This document shows, in pieces, positions 1 to 10,742 of a stretch of DNA of 64,000 nt. The stretch comes from Selaginella moellendorffii (Eukaryota > Plantae > Lycopodiophyta): assembly GCF_000143415.4 (NCBI RefSeq), contig NW_003314291.1:1654517-1718516 (forward strand), given 5' to 3'. The notes under the pieces are model-generated. The model saw only the letters and a list, made by a program, of their open reading frames with translations, made no database searches and was not told the origin of the DNA. Position numbers and translations under genes: made by a program. The first letter of the stretch is position 1. Every line of letters starts with the position of its first letter.

Positions 1-61
1 TCTCCCAGACCCTGGGGGGTTTGGTGAGCTCCAAAAGTATAGTAGGGGGAGGACTGCAGTG
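1..61 (+). mobile_element. Fragment of a family A LTR, interrupted by the DNA transposon
   Basis: Matches LTR A sequence at 41725-41785 up to ...GGACTGCAGTG. Confidence 0.85.
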
Positions 62-85
62 AAGCTCTATTTCGTTAAAGTGGGA
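62..85 (+). repeat. Terminal inverted repeat, copy 1 left end
   Basis: AAGCTCTATTTCGTTAAAGTGGGA; reverse complement found at 15419-15442 and 37320-37343. Confidence 0.9.
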
Positions 86-503
86 ATTGTCATTATCCCA
101 CTTGTAAAATAAGGTTTCCAAACCTTTATATAGTATATAAATATAAAAAAATTCAATTGCATTGAGGCACATGCCATTTTATTTTAAACAAGGAAATGTC
201 TACTCAATCACTTCTCCTCCCCCTGCCACTGCTTCACCTCTCTCTTCTCCTTGTCATCGTTGTCCAATTTCTTTCCATCCTTTTAATATTGGCTCAGTTG
301 CTCCGAGTCTAGATGGAGCCCAAATCCCCATTCAATCTTTACTTTCCCCTTATTAATAAAACAACTTCGCAGACTTCCAATAACATGCTGTAACACTTCT
401 AGTATAATGCAAATCCTCTCAAAGAATTGTCTTTTAATATTAATACAATGGCATGGAACCCCATGCCATAATAAGTTACATTTTTAAATAAATACATGCC
501 ATC

Positions 504-3500
504 TCAGACTGTTATTTTTTGCCTCCAACGCCTATACAATAATCTTGGAATTTCATCACTCTCCACACTATCAGGATTTAAACCCAATAGTAATGCCATC
601 TCTTCTCTAATACGTCCATGCTCATGTTCAGTGGTCGAAGAACCCATCCGGTTGAGCAGATTATGGAGATGCGGATAGTGCTTGGCTAGACAATATACAT
701 GCCATAAATGATGACTGGTGTCTGTCCGATCAAATGGCTTCTGATATACAGTTCCATCTGCCATTTGGTTGATTTCTGCAGCCACCTCCTGGACTGGCCG
801 GTTCTCTATCACCATCGCTTCAAGCCGTTTTGCAAGGTCCCCCAGAACATACGGTTTCTTCTCCCTAGTTTCCATACTGCAAGAGATGGGGTGCACTGCA
901 TATGTGTGCGTGTTCGCTGCAGTTTTAATCGGCGAGTCATCGATGATGAGGATTTCACTTGACCTAGCAGTCCGGTTCATCACTACAGCCTCTGCCTTGA
1001 CGAAGATGGGCTTGCTACCCCTCACATGGACCATAGTCAAGCAATCCTCCTACGTTAGGAGAAAGTCAAATGGTAATATTACTCGCGTCTGATCGTGCAT
1101 CATCTGTAGCAACGTTAATGCATTGTGGCGCATCATGGATGTCCAAACTCCCAATTGCAAATTGAACCCGGCCCTCTGTTTTAAGTGTCGCATGGTCATT
1201 ATTAGATCCCGCAGTTTCTCCCGTGTGATTAATGTGAATCTGTCTCTTTTGACCAACTTGCGACCGCAGGCTTTGGAGGGTGCAGTGACATTCGAGGACG
1301 AGCCACGCTCATGGGAGAAAAGGACACCGTTCAGATCAAAAACGATACAGTACTTTCGCCGTGACTCTGAAATGAAATGTGTTAGCATAAAAAATGGTAC
1401 AAGTCAATTTTACCATCTACAATATTAGCGAATGGTGCTCCCGATGGTCGTTGAGAGGGTTTGTGAGACACAAAATCCCTAGGCCCCAAAGTGGAGCCAG
1501 AAGGGCGCCACATGGTAGTGGCCGAAGCGAGAGCCAAACGAGCGTAACACGTTTGGACCAAAAGCTCCGACTTGAAAAGTCAAGAGCGGGAGTGGAACTC
1601 CCAACGTAGTGCTTGAGGAACGAGCACGAAGCGAGCAAAAGGTGAGGCTCCAAAAAGGGACCCAAAAGGACCAACACATGACACGTGGGAGTGTCCGAGA
1701 TGGACTCGAGTTGGAGTCTGAAGTGGAGTCCGAGATGGACCCGAGTTGGAGTCCGAAGTGGAGTCTGAGATGGACCCGAGTTGGAGTCCAAAGTGGAGTC
1801 CGAGATGGACCCGAGTTGGAGTCCGAAGTGGAGTCCGAGATGGACCCGAGATGGAGTCCGAAATGGAGTCCGAAGTGGAGTCCGAGGTGGACCCGAGATG
1901 GACCCGAGTTGGAGTCCGAAGTGGAGTCCGAGATGGAGTCCGAGATGGAGTCCGAGGTGGACCCGAGATGGACCCGAAATGGAGTCCGAGATGGACCCGA
2001 GATGGAGTCCGAGATGGAGTCCGAGATGGACCCGAGATGGACCCGAGATGGAGTTCGAGATGGAGTCCGAGATGGAGTCCGAGATGGACCCGAGATGGAC
2101 CCGAGATGGAGTTCGAGATGGAGTCCGAGATGGAGTCCGAGATGNNNNNNNNNNNNNNNNNNNNNNNNNNNNNNNNNNNNNNNNNNNNNNNNNNNNNNNN
2201 NNNNNNNNNNNNNNNNNNNNNNNNNNNNNNNNNNNNNNNNNNNNNNNNNNNNNNNNNNNNNNNNNNNNNNNNNNNNNNNNNNNNNNNNNNNNNNNNNNNN
2301 NNNNNNNNNNNNNNNNNNNNNNNNNNNNNNNNNNNNNNNNNNNNNNNNNNNNNNNNNNNNNNNNNNNNNNNNNNNNNNNNNNNNNNNNNNNNNNNNNNNN
2401 NNNNNNNNNNNNNNNNNNNNNNNNNNNNNNNNNNNNNNNNNNNNNNNNNNNNNNNNNNNNNNNNNNNNNNNNNNNNNNNNNNNNNNNNNNNNNNNNNNNN
2501 NNNNNNNNNNNNNNNNNNNNNNNNNNNNNNNNNNNNNNNNNNNNNNNNNNNNNNNNNNNNNNNNNNNNNNNNNNNNNNNNNNNNNNNNNNNNNNNNNNNN
2601 NNNNNNNNNNNNNNNNNNNNNNNNNNNNNNNNNNNNNNNNNNNNNNNNNNNNNNNNNNNNNNNNNNNNNNNNNNNNNNNNNNCCCAGGTGGCTCGCGTAA
2701 GGCCACGGTGTTCCGAAATGGTGTCCCAAAGTCCCAGACTGTGGAAAGGAAGAGGGGTAGCCCTCGGGTGAGGTGACCAAGGACACAGTCACACAGTGAG
2801 GAAGTCCTCAAGGATAGTGGGACTTAGTGGTCGGGCCGGTGGGCCTTGATCCAGTGGCAGTGTTGGCGAACACAGCCAAGGACAGAAAGGGACTTGGTGG
2901 GGACCGGAACAGAGATATTGGGGAAGGCTATTCCCCATGTCTGTAGGCATCCTAAGGATGTTAAGGAGTGGATCTGGGATGATCCCTCATGGACGGATGA
3001 CCCAGTCTTTGAGAGACGGGATTGGAATGCAGGTGGTGTTGGACCACCAGTGTGACCAAGGTAATTGGGCATGGCCTTAGCGTAACGGGCCGATACGTCG
3101 GTGGTACCTTGGGGTGTCTATCATGGGATCGGACACGTGGAGCACTTGGACCAAGTGCTAAGGTTGAGTGGCATGGATGCCATTCTCGGGGCTAGAAAGC
3201 CCCAAGTCCTGAGTTGGACTTATGGAGGTTGTGAATGAGACTCCTCCAAGTGGTCGGAGGTGTGGTTAAGTGACTAAAGTAGAATGGAAAAATTTGTCGC
3301 TTACAGGGTTTTGGTCGAGGAAACGTGAAGGGCGGAAATACTCTCCTCTGCAATGTGGGGTCAATCGCATCCGATGGTGTGTGGGCACATGCCATTTCAG
3401 CTGTAGACTCTGGTACAATTGGCTCAACAGTGGCATGGGGTGGTTCCGATGGTGTGTGATCACACGCCATTTCAGCTGGTGCCTCCGTTGGCAAAGTGGA

Positions 3501-6500
3501 CATGACCGAACAGGCAGCAGGGGCGGTGTAGGGAGGTTCCAACGGCATGTAGTCAGACGATTGGGCACATGTTGGAAATGAGGATACGACCGGCTCGGCG
3601 GCTGGGGCGGCCTCATGCGGGTCCAATGGCGCCTGGTCACCGTCAGTTGGATACGTGGACAAGATTGACTCAATGGTATGGGCAGCATCAAGTGGAGCGT
3701 GGTCAGCTTGCTTGGCGTTGATATGGATAGTAGCCTCCACCAGCTCTGATGACTCTTGCAGGCAAGTAGAGTCCACTGGCGGATCCATATGCATGTCCAA
3801 ATATCTCCCTTCGATTGAGATGGTATCCTCCCGTGCTACTAAAAACAAACTCATTAGCACATTGAATCGACTATACTGTATTTACCATCAACTGCTATTG
3901 AGGAACTAGGACCGATATCACTTGGGCGCACTGCTGATTCTGAAGGATTGGACATACGTTTCGACCCTTGCTTGGCACTATCCTTCCTCGACACTAAAGG
4001 CTAGAGTTTGTATCTTAATTCAACTGAATAATCTCTACTTACCATTTCTTCTGCGACCTACATGGACAATGTTAGAAATGGTAAAAGGTTAGGAATGGAT
4101 GTACTATTATTTACCTGATGGTTTGTCTTGTATGACCTTCCTCCGCTGCTCTTTGGCCACCTCAGGCTGGCCATCGTCGTCATCATCGTCATCGTCGTTA
4201 TTGTGATCATCACCATTGTGAGGACCATCCAAGTCCTCTTCGTCCTCCTCTTCTTCATCCTCCTCTTCTTCGTCCTCCTCTTCGTCCTNNNNNNNNNNNN
4301 NNNNNNNNNNNNNNNNNNNNNNNNNNNNNNNNNNNNNNNNNNNNNNNNNNNNNNNNNNNNNNNNNNNNNNNNNNNNNNNNNNNNNNNNNNNNNNNNNNNN
4401 NNNNNNNNNNNNNNNNNNCTCAAAATACAAGACATCCATAGCCTGTTTTAGTGCGTGACCTAGGACCGTATCCTCACCCGACTGTCTTAACATGGTTTCT
4501 GCACGTTCTTGCACCCTTCGAAGACGACGAGATGAGAAAAACGTGGCCCTGACTTGAAAAGCATCCCTCATCCATTGTACCTCTCCATTGAGATTGGGGA
4601 AGGGGAGTCTGCCATAGGAATCTGAGTCAGAAGGTGGTGACTGGCTCCTTTCACTCAGCCCTTGATCTGTAATGAATGGCATGAGCACACACGCCATAAC
4701 CGCGAGGCATTACCTATCATCTTTTCGTTACCCTTCTTCCTTTTCGAATCAAACGCCTCTGATCCCGACGACTGTCCAACGTGCTTTCGCTTTTTATGAC
4801 CACTGTCAGTTTGAGCTTGGCTGGTGCTTGCCTGTTTTGCCTTTGAAGAAGTGTCTCCTGCAAGGAATGGCATGAGACCACACGCCATTGCAAATATAAT
4901 TTGTACCTCCTTTTTTCCTATTGCTTGTCTGTTTGTCCTTCTTTGACGCGCCACCAGTGCGCTTTTCAGTCCTCGTGTCTGAATATTCACAACGATCTAT
5001 AATCAAAATGGCGTGAGGCCTCATGTGACCTTACCTTGTGCAGGTTGTGACCTCGGCCTAACATCAGTAGCTGTTAACGCCGTTTCAGCATCTGGGGGTG
5101 GCCACGCTCCTGCATACAGAGCTTGTGAGATAACATTTAAACTTAAAGTGCGTACTCACCAGGTTCGTAGAGAAGATACTGTTTTTCTTTGGCAACTGTA
5201 ATTATATGCTCCATTGAAGTCACCTCTTCAATGGAGTTTGTCACCGCAACACACGGGACACCCTTGAGTAGTGCGGCTCGAAAGAATAGTCCGCCGCAGT
5301 TGTACTCGACAACGCATTTGCCCTTGGAGTCACCCGCTATTGCGTTGAAGACCCAGCTGAGCATTTCCCATGCTGCACCTGGAGCTTTCTTTGGATTCGA
5401 AAGCTCCATAGCCGTCTTCAGTTCCTCAGGCACGGGTAAATTGACCTCCCTCAGATCAATTCGATCGGCTTTGTTGAACGAAGCTGGGAAGTCACTCCAG
5501 TCCCACTCTGCTGCAGGACCAATAACAAGGGCGACTGTGAAGATGCGGACATTCGTCGGTATCTTTTTCTTAGCCATTATCCCATGGATCTCCCGCATCT
5601 CCTTGCCTTTCAACCGAGCCTTCACCTCGTTCAAGGCCTTCCAGAACTTGTGATAGGATTTGGAGTCGTAGATCATATAGTGGACTGAAGATTCCACCTC
5701 CGCAAGTCCCACCATTAAGTCAATGATGGAGCTGACTTCGTCTGCATGAGTGATCTCCTCGTTTGTGAAGTCCATCACACAAAAGATGTTCTTGACCTGC
5801 TCATCTCCGCGGGAAACGATGCTCCTCCACCTTTGATCCTCATCCGAATTCACATATACCCGGTAAGGTTCTCGATAGGCCTCTGCTGCGGGGTCGAGCT
5901 GTTTCTGAAGCCGGCGGTCGACATCCCTCTTAATGAAATTTGGATACTGATCCAACTTCTCAGCTTTACTTTTCGTGGCATCCCGCAGCAGATCGATGAA
6001 CTTGGGGGCCCCCTTCACGTACTCGTCGATGTCTTCATTTGACAAGTCCAGCTCTTCCATCATCTCTTGCGTGGTGTCAATGCTCACCCTCGCCACGGCC
6101 ACTTGCTCGAAGATCCAATCCTTCAATAGCGCACGAGCTCTCAGAGTCGTGCACAAGTCCTCGTATGTCACAATATGGTCGGGAGTCATTTTGGTCTTGT
6201 TGAAGACTACCTCACCACGTAGAAGAGCATTAGCCACTGTCAGAAGGTCGTCGTCGTCTAGAGACCGCGAGAAACGCAAGCCGTTGAGCTTCAAATCATT
6301 GGGCTTCCGGCCGTCCTCCACACCCATTGAGTTTAGCAACTCCCCGTCATGGTACCTCCTCAGCACATCTACCCATTTGTCAAAAACAACTTTTATCGCG
6401 AGTAGAATGTTATGGATGCTGAGTGTGTCATTGACCCCCAGTGTTTTCGAGAGAAAACTCGAGAATTCCTGCAATGGAAATGGCGTGAGGCCACATGCTA

Positions 6501-7620
6501 TGCCACATGCAACGAGGCTTACCTGCCAGGCGCTAGTTGTTAGTGCACGTCCTTGTCCTGGTTTTTGTGGCTTCTTCAGTTGAACCCAGAGCTTCCGTGT
6601 TCGTGCCAATGTCTCGTGCAGACCCGATTTGTAGCACGTTTCTTGCTTGACATTCTGCGCATGGGAGATGTATATGATAGATCGGAGGGGCGAGTTGCCT
6701 TTTATCAGGCGGACAACTCTTGTCTTGAAGACTTTCTTCACCTCCTCGCCCACCATAATATCCACAACTATCTGTTGCATCGCCAAGCTAGAATGCTGCC
6801 CGGAGACGGCATAGAACCGGATGTTCTGATCGTCCAACACCTTCCTATTGATCAAGTCTGGAAACCTCGTCTCGCCCTTCATTGTTCGGTAGTAGGGGAT
6901 CACGTCTGCGATGTCGGGTGTTACTGGACTTGCCAGCATCTTCTGCTTCAGTTTCTCCACCCACTCATCAGATACTAGCCTGTGGTTGTATTTGCTTTGG
7001 ATCTCGATACGGCTCACGTCGATTGTATATACTTTGTTGGAATAGTAACAAGTACTATTATCTGCGACGATTTTTGCTGCCTCTTCTTGCTCTTTCTGCT
7101 CTTTGCGGCTCTTCTTTTTGGTGGGTGTAGTGTTCGAACCCGAGGCAATGGCATCACCGAGTAGCTTCTTTTTTGGAGCAGCAGAGTCGGACGTCGGCTT
7201 GAGCTTGACCACCCTTTTCTGCTTCGGGGTAGTTTCCAGATCGACCCCCTTCCCCTTCGCTTTGCAAACTGGAGGCACTCTCAACGGCTCAATGTTGGAA
7301 TATAGTTTTTGAACATCGCCGTAGGTGAGGTCCGTGGATTCCATGTGATCTTCATAGACCCGCAGCGTCTTTGAAATTGTGGGCCTCCTGGACAACCTCT
7401 CCCTAGCTCCCTCTAGGAATTCCTCATAGCCGCTGCCCCCCTCCGGGAAGCCGCTAGGATGTGCAAGGTGGATCTTGAAGGCGGACGCTGTCTCTACCAC
7501 AAGTGCCAGTCCATATTCTTGCATGGAACTGCATGGAGTGTCTGTCACTTGGATGAGGATCCCCATGCATTCTTTTCTCCCACCATCTGTGTTGTACAGC
7601 ATCAGATCCTCGCCTTCCAT
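504..7620 (-). pseudogene. Spliced ~1,600-aa cargo gene, copy 1: ParB/Srx-like + degenerate amino-MTase-like fold + acidic linker + FCP1/SCP-like HAD phosphatase; disrupted by a solo LTR and a CAG>TAG
   Basis: ORF 5143-7722 has IDVSRI..NHRLVSDEWVEKLKQKM..FYAVSGQHSSLAM (ParB-like) and KKAPG..CVVEYNCGGLFFRAALLKGVPCVAV (MTase motif-I-like). ORFs 504-1388 have CIVFDLNGVL, GVWTS and IIDDSPIK (HAD). GT-AG introns join all parts in frame. Stop at ~1050; LTR at 1462-3305. Confidence 0.7.
1462..3305 (+). mobile_element. Solo LTR, family A, inserted into the cargo gene (contains assembly gap 2145-2682)
   Basis: TGTGAGACAC...GTCGCTTACA with 5-bp TSD GGGTT (1457-1461 / 3306-3310); empty site in copy 2 at ~35945. 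Confidence 0.9.
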
Positions 7621-8074
7621 CCCGAAAGTCCAACTGGTGAGCTCCTCCCCCTTCTCTGCATCCACATTGACAGTGGCTGGAAGAAGAACGCAATTCCTCG
7701 CCTGTTCAGAAATGCACAACAATTAGAGCTGACAGATGAAAAGCTAGCAGCTGGAAATAACGTGAGGCCACACGCCATTCACCACTGCATCAGATGTCTT
7801 GAGGCTGCATCCTAAGATGGCGTGAGGCTACACGCCATCTGTAACCGGACTGCACTCGAGAGCCCAATCGGTGCATGCCAATGTTGCTACTGAATGGCAT
7901 GTGGCCTCATGCCAGCGGATCGTAGCAGCAAGGCTACTCTGCCACTTACAGTTGGAGAGTGGCGCTGAAATCTCCCGGGACGCCAAATGGGCTGCGTGTG
8001 GGTGGCGGAGTGGGCGGCGGAGTTGGCGGCGAAGTTACAAACTGGGTGTGTCTTGAAGTGGACGCCGATTCACA

Positions 8075-8240
8075 CGAGCGCGAGTGTGATGCAAGCGCGA
8101 GTGGACGCCGATGCACACGAGAAACCTGTAGAGAAGTGAGCGTGATCGCGAGTGGGAGCGCGATGCGAGCGGGAGCGCGAGTGTGATGCGAGCGCGAGCG
8201 CGAGTGTGCGAGCGCGAGCGCGAGTGTGCGAGCGCGAGTA
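8075..8240. repeat. CpG-rich GCGA/GCGC microsatellite-like tract upstream of the cargo gene
   Basis: Repeats of gcgagcgcgagtgtg; the tract is shorter in copy 2 (32062-32190). Confidence 0.7.
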
Positions 8241-9454
8241 CAAAGCAAAATGCAAAACCTAACCTCACACGCGCGAAATGTCACAACGGTTGGTAATCCC
8301 GCCACGTCATCATTCCTCGGACTTGGGCGCCACCATTAATTTCTGGATTGCCGCGCGCATGCAAGCACGCAAAATCCAAAAGAAATCCGCAACGTCATCA
8401 TTCCTCGGATTGCATGCACGCGAAATCCAAAAGAAAGATCATGATTGGGATATCATTTAATACCCTCGCTATATTTATACCATGCATGATTGGATATTCC
8501 AAAGCATCTTGTATTTCCAAAAATGGCAGATGTTCAGCTAAATAAAGAAATTCTATCTGTTTCTATTTTTCTCTCAAATCAATATTATAGCGTGTGGGCT
8601 CATGCAATTTTGAACCAAAGAAACCCAAAAAACGTTGGACCCAAAATATTTTGAAAAAACCCGAAAAACCCTAAACATTTTAAACCCAAAAATCCAGGCG
8701 TCCTGTGGCGTTATTCCTTCAATGGCGTGTGGGCGCATGCCATTTTCAGGGCCAAATGCTGAATGGAGAAAAATTCCCTTTCAGTGCAAATGCTGCAAGA
8801 GGCAGATGCCGAGCACAAAGGACTGTAACTACCTCACATGACACAGATAAACTTTTCTCTATTTGGCAAAGATAAACTTTATAGCGTGTGGGCTCATGCA
8901 ATTTTGAACCCAAGAAATGCACCAAAAAATTCTCAGCGTCATCTGGCATTATCTCTTGAATGGCGTGGGGCCGCATGCCATTTTCAGGGGCACATAGGAG
9001 TATATTCCTAGGATATTCTGACACGCGCGAGATTTTTTTGAGTTTTCTGGAGATCCAACCGTTAGATCGCAACTAGATTTTACAGAATGGTATACAATGT
9101 CTTTCTTGATGACCCTGCAAAGAAGCATCTCGATCGGACACCACATGAGACCACATGAGCCTTACAATGTTTCAGGGGCATTTGCCATAGATCCGACCGT
9201 TATTTTGCTCCAAGATTTTACAGTTTGGTGTGCATTGACCTTTCCATCGACACTGCAAAGGGACATCACAATCAGATGCGGGATCACAAGAAACTAACTT
9301 CACTAACTCTGGTTTCACCAAGATCTACGTAAGGAGTTATGAAATGAAAGGACCCTCTCTATTGAAATGTGTTTATGGTCCTAGGGGCATTGTGACATAT
9401 CAAAGGATTTTGCATCAAGTTCTGTATTTGCATGTTTATCAAGCTACTAAATTG

Positions 9455-9474
9455 CTAAACCCTAAACCCTAAAC
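9455..9474. promoter_or_regulatory. Telo-box / plant telomeric-type repeat in the divergent intergenic region
   Basis: CTAAACCCTAAACCCTAAAC; also AAACCCTAAA at ~8666 and the mirrored copy at ~30827-30846. Confidence 0.5.
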
Positions 9475-10309
9475 ATGTGGCAAATGCTGCGTGAAGAAAG
9501 ATGCCCTTTCTGGGCAAATGCTGTAAGAGGCAGATGCCGAGCAGATGTATCTCAGGCTAGCGAAGGGGACAAACGAAAGCTAGCTATAAACATCACGGGA
9601 TGCAAATAGATTACTAGGCTGGTCCTACGAAAATCAAAAACCATAATTGAAAACATTGAACATGCAAAAAGAAAGGTTTATAATATTTTTGAATTTTAAG
9701 CAACCAAAGGAATGTAAGTAGGGCATGTGTTTGTAAGTTTAAAAATGCCTCAACCACTTAAATTCCCAAGTAAATAAAGCTGTTTCTATTTTTGGTACAG
9801 GTAAACTTTATAGCGTGTGGGCTCATGCAATTTTGAACCCAAAAATGCACCAAAAAATGCTCGACTAGCATTATTCTTTGAATGGCGTGTGGCCTTATGT
9901 CGAGCATTATTCTTTGAATGGCGTGTGGCCTTATATTGCCATAAATGGACGTACACACACAGCATAATTATTCCTTTACACGGCGAATAATCTTGGCGCG
10001 GATCGCTGACATGGCATGGCAAAGTTCGAATCACTGACATGGCACAGCTGGATCGAGGCAAGGACATGATGTGACAAAGTTCAACCTCCGACAGCAAAGT
10101 CTAGAAGCTACTCAGTTTGAAATTTGTCAGAGGAATCATAAGATCTGGTTTGTCAGAGGATTTGATGTGACGTTCAAGCGTGTGTTATTTTTGAATTCTC
10201 GAACTCATTCCTAGGTCTATCATTTTTGTGCGCCGTGTTCTTGGTTCCGCTGAGCGCAGTGAGCGCTGCTTGTGTAAGCGGCGTTGTGGGCTGTGGTTTA
10301 TGCGTCTAC

Positions 10310-10440
10310 GAGCGGTTGCGGCATTGCGAGCGCCATTGCGAGCGGCAGTTTATGCGAGTGGCAGTTTGTGCGAGCGGCGCTACGAGCAGTTGCGGTGTTG
10401 CGAGCGGCGCTACGAGCAGTTGCGGTGTTGCGAGCGGCAC
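10310..10440. repeat. CpG-rich tandem repeat (30-bp unit) upstream of the transposase
   Basis: gcgagcggcgctacgagcagttgcggtgtt repeated about 2.5 times. Confidence 0.75.
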
Positions 10441-10742
10441 TGTCTTTGGTGTGGCTACCGCTTCCTCTTGATATTCGGCACTTGTGCTTCCTGGTATGTT
10501 CACCATGGAATGGCTTAGGACCACATTTAGAAATGGCATGAGGCCTCATGCCATTAGTGGTACCACTAATGGCATGAGGGCTCATGCCAATTTTGTGAAT
10601 GCGAAATTTCACGTGGGTGTCAATAGCATGTTTGAATAATGGCATGTGGCCTCATGCTATTGAGGTTGTTTGGTATGTTATGATTTAGGCCATTCTCCAA
10701 TCATTTTTTGTATGGTCTTAACTTCTTTTCTGCACTTTCAGA

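Noticed and set aside
1417-2811. Long ORFs of 331-464 aa in several frames
   Set aside because: They arise from the LTR satellite plus an N-gap (2145-2682) and are not genes.
3168-3184. TGGCATGGATGCCA in LTR A resembling the transposon palindrome arms
   Set aside because: The spacer is 2 bp rather than 8 bp and it occurs once per LTR; not counted as the same motif and possibly coincidental.
5143-5900. Calling the cargo an active DNA methyltransferase
   Set aside because: No DPPY/SPPY/NPPY catalytic motif is present and the FxGxG motif is degenerate; at most an inactive fold, pending structural search.
9455-9474. Chromosome end or healed break
   Set aside because: Only about 2.5 telomeric units, internal to the transposon and present in both copies; better explained as a telo-box.
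7757-10660. Palindromic repeats with intervening sequence read as a CRISPR or integron-like array
   Set aside because: Spacing is irregular (14 bp to over 1 kb), the repeats are degenerate, the intervening DNA includes exons, there is no cas or integrase gene, and the context is eukaryotic.
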